This document shows, in pieces, positions 39,896 to 49,785 of a stretch of 64,000 nt of DNA. Under the pieces are notes generated by a model, which saw only the letters and a program-made list of their open reading frames with translations, did no database searches and was not told the origin of the DNA. Position numbers and translations under genes: made by a program. Source of the stretch: Octopus vulgaris (lineage: Eukaryota); the NCBI GenBank assembly GCA_951406725.2, contig OX597814.1, forward strand, positions 153,512,001 to 153,576,000, given 5' to 3'. How positions within the stretch are numbered: the first letter of the stretch is position 1; each line of letters starts with the position of its first letter.

Positions 39896-41139
39896 TTTGG
39901 CTATTGTAAGTGCAGCACCCTATTCACCTTGGTATACACTTTTATTACATGCAACACAGTTTTCACTATATATTTTACTTTAACTGAATTATGTTAGGAT
40001 ACTGTATTATACTAATACAGTATAAATAAATTAACTATTAACGTAACTAGCAGTCTCTCTTTCTCTTTCTCTTTCTCTCTGTTTGTCTAAACCCCCCGCC
40101 CCCCAGAAGAGATAACTTTGACCACTTAGGATTTATCTCCCTTGATTATGATATAGCAACTACGTTGCTATCCAGCATGTGCAGAATGAGATGATCGGGA
40201 GTAGCTGTTTGGATAATGATGATTTGGCATGTTTTGGCAACAGTACATTCTAGTGTTGAAAGAAAACACACAGAGACACACACACACATGCACATGTATA
40301 GAAATATACACATACGCAAGAGGGAGAGAGAGCGAGATAGAAAGAGAGAAAGAAAGAGAAAGAGAATGATATTGCACATATATAAAAATATAACTATATG
40401 CTCATAAATACATGTAGAGAGAGAGAGAGAGAGTGGGAGAGAGGGAAAAAAACATTCAGATGTCTGATGTCAAACAAGTCAGTGTTGAATCACCTACCCC
40501 AAACAGGTGGTGCCAAAACATCGCATATCCCATTATATAATGCTGGGACAGTTTTGCCACTGTTGTTAATATCTAGTAATGTTAAATCAATAATTGATTG
40601 ATAATTAAATTATTATTATTATTGATCGCATATTTATTGCAAGCATACAAAATTTTTTTTAATTTAGTTATATTTTAGTTTAATAAATGTATTTATTTTG
40701 AAAGTTAGTTTTCATTACATTATTTTGTATGACTACCATGAAATTTGGTAAAAGAAAAGAATTCCATGATTGCATTTATGTAACATTTCTTGATATTAAC
40801 TTTGTTTTTATCTTTTAGTCAGGAGAGAAGGTAGTGCCCATGCCATGTTGAAGAGCTCCCAAGACTGGTGGAAGGCAAGGAAGAAGGTATCATCAAACTG
40901 GAAATCTGGCTGCAAACTTGCAATGCAGTAGATTCTACTAAACGCATCCAAGATGTTAGAAGGTAGCATTGAATCAGGTGACAGCTTAAATCTACCATCC
41001 AAGTAGGCCAAGGTAAGATTTGAACTTAGAATGCAAAATAGTACAAGACATCCAGTTAGATGTTCTTACAGTTCTGCCAATCCACTACTTTGGATGAAAG
41101 GCAAAGTTGACCTTGCAGGATTTGGACTTGTGTTTAGGT

Positions 41140-41720
41140 ATGAATGGAGACACCCGAGTGTGGAACCGCAGCCCTTTGGGGAAGAAGAACAATCAGTAAG
41201 TGTTCAAATCGGGGAAGAAGTATAGGTGAAACCCCCCGACATGCGGTGTACAACTCAGTGGGGGAAAGGAATAGTGACAGCAGTGAACTCTCATAACAAT
41301 GTATCAGTGGAAGGAATATCGTGTCATGTCCTAGATGTCAGGAGGGTCGTGAGCTCCTCCAATGATGAAGAACAAAGAGAAGGAGACGTTGGTACTGCAT
41401 CCTTGCAACGAGCCTGAAGAGAGCGTCATCCACCTAAATGGTTGGAAGACTATGAAAGGGATGTAAGTGACAGTGACTGTTAGATCAGGGGGTGGTGGTA
41501 TTGAGCTGAGGCTGTGGTGAAGGCGGAAGTGGGAGAGTGAATAGGCCCTGTCGGGAGTCCGTGAGGATGGAAGTGCTGAAGAGAGCATGTGCAGCAGTCA
41601 CAGGAAGAAGTCAAAAGGCAACCAGACAGCATGAAGGCAAGACATGCGTGACATGACCAAGAGAAGAGAACGTCCGCATGGGTAGTGAGAGACCGCTCCC
41701 TCCAGATCAACAGGTAAGAA
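41140..41720 (+). mobile_element. Ty3/Gypsy 3' remnant (integrase C-terminus, polypurine tract, partial LTR)
   Basis: IGEEV*VKPPDMRCTTQWGKGIVTAVNS...; RERHPPKWLEDY (R.R.PP.WL.DY motif); purine-rich agggggtggtgg at about 41487. Confidence 0.7.
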
Positions 41721-42835
41721 AGCCTCAATTCTCCTTTATCCTAATTTCCTCTTCATACCACATCAATTTTATTACTTTTTTTTTCAAAATCTATCAAGAT
41801 TTTCTCACCTTTCTTTACCAAATTCCTGATGGCATTAGCCAGTGGCTACTTATTAAAATATAAACAGATACATGTCTAGACACAAACTCATTTACATAAC
41901 TGCAAATCGTATAGATTTTATTCATTTTATTACCTATGCCATATAACTAATTATTTTATTTATTTACTTTTTTAGTATCGAACCATGAAATCCAGTAACG
42001 ATTATTATATATATTATGGGTTTCTGTATAGTCCCCATTTACTAAATTCCACTCACAAAGTATCCGTTGACCTGGTATAGTCTGGCTGTTGACCTTACAC
42101 TACTAAAAGCACTGTCTTTTTTTGAGTTATACTATGCACTCAACTTAACTAACTTACATGTATATTGAGTTGTTGTGTAGGGAAAAGAAAGCACAATTCA
42201 TTTACCTCTCTGGTTCTCTCATAGCATCAATCCTTTTCAGCCAGGTTATATCTGTAGGTGCTCTGCTTAACTAACCTCTGGCAAGAACCTAATGACAAAT
42301 TCCCTGTACTCCACATGACTAACACATCCATCCCCTACAACCACACCAAGCAAAAACAAGGCCATACTAGTCCTACTTCCACTCAAGTGACAATCCTCGG
42401 TCCTCTCCTTCTGGCAAGAGCCTCATCCATCACTGACCCTATACTTCCAGCAAGAACCCTCAGTCATTACTGACCCTATGCTTCTGGTTCACCTCATCCC
42501 TACAGAAACCTTATGTAATTGTACATATATTATATATATCATGTACAATGGTTTAATTTACTCAAAACCTTCAGACTAAGAACCTCCTCATTTCCTATTG
42601 TAAAAATCACATCCCACGGTCAAGGTCTGTAGTTTTGTAAGCTGTGTGGCAACCTCACAAATGCTGGTGGTACAAAAAAGCATGCAGTTCACACCGATAA
42701 ATGGTTGGTACTAGGAAAGGCATCCAGCTGTTGAAGCCATGCCAAAGTAGGCACTAGAGTACAATGTGTTTCTTGGACCCATCAATCTTATCCAACTGGC
42801 CAACTTATGCCAGCATAGAACATAGATATTAAGTA

Positions 42836-42883
<48 letters not shown>

Positions 42884-43032
42884 GATGATGATTGATGATG
42901 ATGATGATGACGACGACAACAATGATGATGAAATAAAGTATATAATATAAAATTTTGTAAACATTTTACTAAAATTCATAATTTTTCTAAATTTCTAAGT
43001 TTTTATCCATCCTCCTATCTGTATCATAAGTA

Positions 43033-43100
<68 letters not shown>

Positions 43101-43484
43101 GATGTATCAATTGAAATTAAAGTGTTATTTTGCAGAGATGACTATGATCTAGAAACGTACCGATAGTGTAATGTAATGTGAGTTCATGGACAACAGTTAA
43201 GACTTAGTAGTGTCCAACAGAGAAGCGATCAAAGTAATGGTTGAATTGGTGTTTGGATTGACAGAAACAAATATATCTTAAGGAAAAGATTGTATAGAAG
43301 AAATATATCAATGTGATTTGTTTAATCCATGGAAGTTCAATGAGATTTGCTGATTGAAAATTATTAGCTCTCGGAAAGCTGATGACTTGATTTAAAACTT
43401 CAATCATTAATAGATTTTCTTATTAGGTTTCAGCTGCTCTCAGCATGAATTATTCATAATGATAATTTAATATCCAAGGATCAA

Positions 43485-43515
<31 letters not shown>

Positions 43516-43541
43516 CTGGGATGAGTGTTGGTGTATATGTG

Positions 43542-43690
<149 letters not shown>

Positions 43691-44267
43691 TTTATTTTAA
43701 GCAGCAGAAAATTCAACAAAATCTGTTACTCTGAGTTTCTCGTTGCCGTTCATCAGACAGTTTTTGCTATATATATATATATATGTATGTCTCAAAACAT
43801 ACATGTATGTGTATACATGGATATGTACATACATGCATACTCACTCTCTCTCTCTCTCACACGCGCACGGTTCGTATACATATATAACGTCATCATCATT
43901 TAATGCTTGTTTTTCATGCTGGCATGGGTTGGACGGTTTGACAGGAGCTGGCAGACCAGAGGACTGCACCAAACTCCACTGTCTATTGTGGCATGGTTTT
44001 ATGGCTGGATGCCCTTTCTAACACCAACCACTTTACGGAGAAAGCTATATATTCTTTTATTCTTTTACTTACTTCAGTCACTTGACTGCACCACCTTTAG
44101 TCAAACAAATCAACCCCAGGACTTGCTCTTTGTAAGCCTAGTACTTATTCTATTGGTCTCTTTTGCCAAACCAGTAAGTTATGGGGATGTAAACACACCA
44201 ACATCGACTGTCAAATGATGGTAGGAGAGACAAACACTGACACACTCACACAAATATACACACATAG

Positions 44268-44361
<94 letters not shown>

Positions 44362-44747
44362 CATCATTATCATCATCATCGTTTAACGTCCGTTTTCCGC
44401 GCTAGCACAGGTTGGACTGTTCGACCGGAGTCTGGGAAGCCAGGGGCTGCACCAGGCTCCAGTCTGATCTGGCAGAGTTTCTACAGCTGGATTCCCTTCC
44501 TAACGCCAACCACTCTGCGAGTGTAGTGGGTGCTTTTTACGTGCCACCTGCACAAGTACCAGGGGAGTCCGGCATCGGCCACGATTGATTGGTGCTTTTA
44601 ATGTGCCACCGGCACAGAAGCCAGCCAAGGCGGCGCTGGCATCAGTCACGTTCGGATGGTGCTTTTTATGTGCCACCTGCACTGGAGCCAGTCGAGGCAG
44701 CGCTAGCTTCGGCCACGTTCGGATGGTGCTTTTTATGTGCCACCAGC

Positions 44748-44800
<53 letters not shown>

Positions 44801-44806
<6 letters not shown>

Positions 44807-45615
44807 ATATTTCGGAATGATCATTTTGCCATTTTAGCCAATAAAAACACATGCACTATATATTTGATGTTACTTTGCTTCAGTGTTATTTATTTTTTAC
44901 ATTAATCTTAATCTTATTGTCTGACAAATTACAGAAGCTACACACATAATAGAAAATAAACCTAGCATGAATAGAAAACTAGAATGGAACACTAGCACAC
45001 ACCACAACATATGACGGTAGAGGATCCCGAAAACATAATAAATACACAGATAAATAAACAAATAGAAATAAATAACTATATTATTATTTTTTTTCCGATT
45101 TATTATTATTATTACTAGTATTGTTGTTATACATACATACATACATACAAGCATATGTAATGATAATAATAAGTGGATGTAAACACATGAACAAAATAAG
45201 AATAAACAAAAACAACAACAAAAACAAATTACATGAACGTATATAAACAGAAGATACAAATATTACAGGCATCCCCCCCACACACTAAATAAACATAGAC
45301 GCACATAGAGATATAAGCATGCGCAAATGAAGACATACAATAGAAATACAAAATGGCTGACGGTTAGTAAGGAGAGACACAAATAAGAAAGAAGAAAACA
45401 AAAGACCACTGATGTGGTCACAGGAGTGTGACGAAAGAACTCTGGCCGAAATAAGATTAAGATTAATGTAAAAAATAAATAACACTGAAGCAAAGTAACA
45501 CCAAATATATAGTGCGTGTGTTTTTATTGGCTAAACTGGCAAAATGACCATTCCGAAATATAACAATATCTGTTTCAACACACGACTTCACATAAAAAAT
45601 CTTGCACAACAAATA
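44801..45615 (+). mobile_element. Fold-back Penelope-like pseudo-LTR element between (TA)n tracts
   Basis: 44801-44918 is the reverse complement of 45450-45568; HHR motif just upstream of the right arm. Confidence 0.75.
45404..45447 (+). ncRNA. Minimal type I hammerhead ribozyme, slightly degenerate
   Basis: GACCA | CUGAUGU | G GUCAC-AGGAGU-GUGAC | GAAA | GAAC | UC | UGGCC. Confidence 0.75.
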
Positions 45616-45999
45616 TATAAACGTATATATATATTTATTTATACAATGGGCTTCTTTCAGTTTCTGTCTACCAAATCCACTCACAAGGCTTTGGTCAGCC
45701 CAAGGCAATAATAAAAGATACTTGCCCGAGGTGCCACACTATGGGACTGAACCTAGAACCATGTGATTAGGAAGCAAGCTTCTTACCACACAGCCACACT
45801 GTGCCTATATCGCTTCTTACCACACTGCCATACTGTGCCTATATATACATGTGTGTATGTGTATGAGAAAAGAATGGAATTTACATAATTACCTTCATTA
45901 AGTTACAGACAGACACACATTTTTTATTTTGAGCATTTTGAATAAGTTGTATGTGTGTCTGCCTCTCTGCATGAATGACAAATGATGTGGTTTTTTCTC

Positions 46000-46951
46000 C
46001 CTTAATTACTGACAAGTAGGCTCCAGCAGCCACAATCAGCCAGCTGTCATGCGGTACACTCCATCATCCAATGAATGAGAAGGGCGCGTAATTTTGACAA
46101 TAAGTGTCCCGGAGGTGAAATTTTTTCCCCACAAGAGTTCCAGACCCCAGTAATGAACTCATTTACATACAGCCAATCGGAGCTCACCTTGAAAATCTAC
46201 ATACTGTGTACTAGTACAGCCAGTCAGGCATAGAATGGTGTATGTCTCTCTGTGAGTACAGCATAGCAGGTCTCACATAAGCACCACATCCCCCACCATT
46301 GTCATAGATCAATGAGCACCATCTCTATATGGAGCTAACGTTAGGTACCTATTCTCAGACTGACATTAGTGATACTGCATGTACCCATTGATATAAACAA
46401 GGAGGGTACAATACAACACAATGCCATATCGATTACGATGTTTCCAGATCAACACCAACATTTTAAATTAGGAATGTACAAAATCAGTCAAAAAATTTGG
46501 AAACTACACTCATTTACATTTTCTAGTAAATTACACAAATTGGCAACACTTATGGCATCATAGGTGAGCAGCTCTCCATTCACTTTATACGCTAAATTTC
46601 ACATTTGTCACCCATATTAACCCGTTTAGAACAGTTAGATTTTGCTATAATGTAAATTTTCCACTGAACTCAACCAGAGTATTTTCTTGACTAGGTGGGC
46701 ACTAGTTTGAAAGTTGAGCTCTGATTGGCTGTATGCAAATGAATTCAAAACTGGGGTCTGGAACTCTCATGAGTAAAAAAATTTTGCATCCTGGAGCCTA
46801 CTTTTTCGTTTGAATGATAGTGTTATGTTGTAGGCTCCAGCAACCACCACCAGCTACTACATATTTATTGATCTATTTTTGGAAGATGGAGTGTACTACA
46901 TGATAACTGGCTGGCTGTGGCTGCTGGAGCCTACCTGTCAGTAGTTAAGAG
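46000..46951. mobile_element. Non-autonomous DNA transposon with long diverged TIRs (about 200 bp)
   Basis: cttaattactgacaagtaggctccagcagccac...gagttccagaccccag...cagccaatcggagctca mirrored at 46705-46951; TTAA at both ends. Confidence 0.75.
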
Positions 46952-47598
46952 TGAAAAAATAAAGAACACTTCTTTTGGTCACTGCCGCTTGTTGACACTT
47001 TAGGAAGAAGCAGCATCAATTGGATTCATTAAGTGAGAGTTTGGATTTATTAAATGAGTGATTTTATGGTTAAAAATTCCGTCCCAACCCATTTTGGATA
47101 CATTAAGCAGGTGCATTTATTATCAGCGGATTTATAAAGCAGGATCTACTGTATTTGAAAAAATAAGTAGAGATGGCTTTTTTGAGGGATAAGTTTTATT
47201 TTAATCTTAATAATAATGTTTACAGTGAGTTGCTCTGATATGAATTTCAAGCTTCAAGTAGCTGCTTTCAAACTGAAAAATGTATGTTTTACATGTAGAA
47301 GAAGAAGAAGAAGAAGAAGAGTAAAAACCATATATGAAATAAAGAAAAAATAAACACAAATATATAAATAAAAATAAAAATAAGAATAAAGATAAGACTA
47401 TTAGTAATTGAGAACAATGGAGGAGGAAAGTTAAATCCATCAAGAATAAAGAAATGGAATATTTTGGAGTGGTCAATATTGTTGTGTTCTTGTCAAAAGA
47501 TGATCTGTGTGGTGCCTATTGATTTGAGGTCACCCATTCAGTTCTTACAGGTGGTATGGAGTACATATATATATATATACACACACACACATATACAT

Positions 47599-47636
<38 letters not shown>

Positions 47637-47828
47637 CGTTATTAAATCTCAGAACGAGATGTAAACAGTAAGCCATCTTAATATGGCTAACCACAAAGGG
47701 GGGGGTGGTGTTACTGTAGCTTTTTAGCCCCAGGAGATCATCGTCTCCAGGTGGCTTTAGACACACTTTCTGTGCCCTTAAAGTATTTGCAAAGGGAGGC
47801 CATCCCTTTCTCGTAAGCCTGAGTGATA

Positions 47829-47874
47829 CGCACCGGACCAGTTTCGAGATTATTGTCTCTTATCAACGGGCGGT
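47829..47874 (-). ncRNA. Minimal hammerhead ribozyme, U3-A8 core, copy 1
   Basis: Minus strand GCCCG | UUGAUAA | GAGA-CAAUAA-UCUC | GAAA | CUGG | UC | CGGUGC. Confidence 0.75.
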
Positions 47875-48187
47875 AATCACCAGGTCACGATGAAAGACAA
47901 GGCCTGTTTGCAAAATATATAAGAGTTTTTCTAGTGACGTCTGCCACTGATTTCGAAAAACTGACTGTAAGCATTATTAAATCTCAGAACGATATGTAAA
48001 CAGTAACCGCTCGACAATGTAAAATATAAAAGCCATCTTAATATGGCTAACCACAAAGGGAGGGGGGGTTACTGTAGCTTTTTAGTCCCAGGAGATCATC
48101 ATCTCCAGCTGGCTTTAGACACACGTTCTGTGCCCTTAAAGTATTTGCAAAGGGAGGTCATCCCTTTCTCGTAAGCCTGAGTGATAC

Positions 48188-48230
48188 GCACCGGACCGGT
48201 TTCGAGATTATTGTCTCTTATCAATGGGTG
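48188..48230 (-). ncRNA. Minimal hammerhead ribozyme, U3-A8 core, copy 2
   Basis: Minus strand CACCCA | UUGAUAA | GAGA-CAAUAA-UCUC | GAAA | CCGG palindrome | UC | CGGUG. Confidence 0.75.
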
Positions 48231-48429
48231 GTAATTACCAGGTCACGATGAATTCTCTTTATTATAGGCACAATGGCCCGAATTAAGAGGGGACATTACA
48301 ATACAGGACATGGGGTACATATAATAAAAAAATCGAAAAGTATGGTATGACAATGAATTATTTATAATGAATTAATGAAATGTCTTACGGGTTCCCCAAG
48401 CTCACAGTTTCATTTAAATTACCATTGTG

Positions 48430-49785
48430 TTATTCGGGGCGTTCATCTGTTATGTATTCGAGTACATCCTCCTGCTCTATAATCCCTGGCAAACTCTCGT
48501 ACCGCACGTATTGCATTATGCATATACATGTATACACCTTGCTCAGTTTCATCACTGTCTCTCTTTCCACAATCGCCGCCTTCACCTTGTCATCAAACAT
48601 TTTCGAATTTAATTTTACTCTGGTTAAACTTTTTATGTTTGCCAACTTCTTCTCAATTTCCTTGTCCTTCTTGTACAACATTACCACTTTCAGATTTTTT
48701 TCTTTTGGTCTACTTCCTTCCCTACATACTCTCAGCCAATCTTCCACTTTACTTTCCCATTTTTTCTCCTCCTGCCGCCTTGAAACTTCACTCGCTTTCG
48801 TTTCAGTATCTTCCTCTTCGTGCGTTCGAACCTCTATCTTGTCGGTAGTCTTCTTTTTGTTTTTTTCTTTTTTTTTTGTTGTACTTTAGGTGGTGATTCC
48901 ACCCGCATTCTCTTTCTATCTTCTTTTCCTTCTGTTCTTTCCTTTTGTTCCTCCTTCACCAACTTGTCACCACTTTCCACATTATCTATATTCACACTTT
49001 CTTCTTCTACATTCGCCATTTGCAATTCCTCTGTCAGAGCCTCCAATGTTATCATCTCCTCTTGTACTTTTTTTTGCGGACACACATCCTTCATGTGGCC
49101 TCTAATCTTACATGTGTAGCACACTGGGGGTCTCCCCTCTACCACGACTCTGAGTCGTGTCTCGTCGGGGAACACCAACTCTTCTGGGCTGTTATACATG
49201 TCTGGCATGGTTATGTGTACCAAAGCCTGTACTGCATAACCCCACCACTTTACTTCCTTCGACCTTTCTATCTTCAATATCTCGACATTCTCCTTGCAGT
49301 TAAATATTTTTGCTGCTATAATTCTCTCCATTTTCAATTCTGGTGAAATTTTGCTGATTCTTATTCTCACCGCTCGTCTTCCACAATAGCTTGGTAGTAG
49401 TATCCATTTTTAATTTTTCAATATTTTCGTAGCGTTCCTCTTTGCTTCAGCTTAGTTCTCAAAATGAACTACCACCGTCGCATACTTTCTACCTCTATTA
49501 TAGAAGGTAGCTTTTTCTTCAATCTCCTGCAAACACCTTGATTTCCTCCACCTCTGCCACTTCTATTTTCTTTGAAGCCATGCTTCACGTTCTATATGTC
49601 ACAATACGCCTCTCTGCCTCCTTCACCTTGTCTTCTGGTAGTGTGACTCTCAGGGAGTCACCCTCCTTCTTGAAACTGTTGAAGTATTCCTTCAGGCTCT
49701 CCTTCTCGACGACCACTTCCTCCAACTGCAGCTCGCTTGCAGCCAGACCCTTGCCTGCTGCTCCTGCATAAGTTTAGGTTTGCAT
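48430..49785 (-). pseudogene. Disrupted ORF1/gag-like nucleic-acid-binding protein with CCHC zinc knuckle (L1/Tx1-type)
   Basis: MQT*TYAGAA N-terminus; RLRVVVEGRPPV-CYTCKIRGHMKDVC (CX2CX4HX4C); E/K-rich C-terminal part; stops and frameshifts; no RT or endonuclease. Confidence 0.8.

Noticed and set aside
43130-43165. Possible hammerhead (gagatgac...agaaacgtac)
   Set aside because: No CUGANGA-type core and no convincing stems
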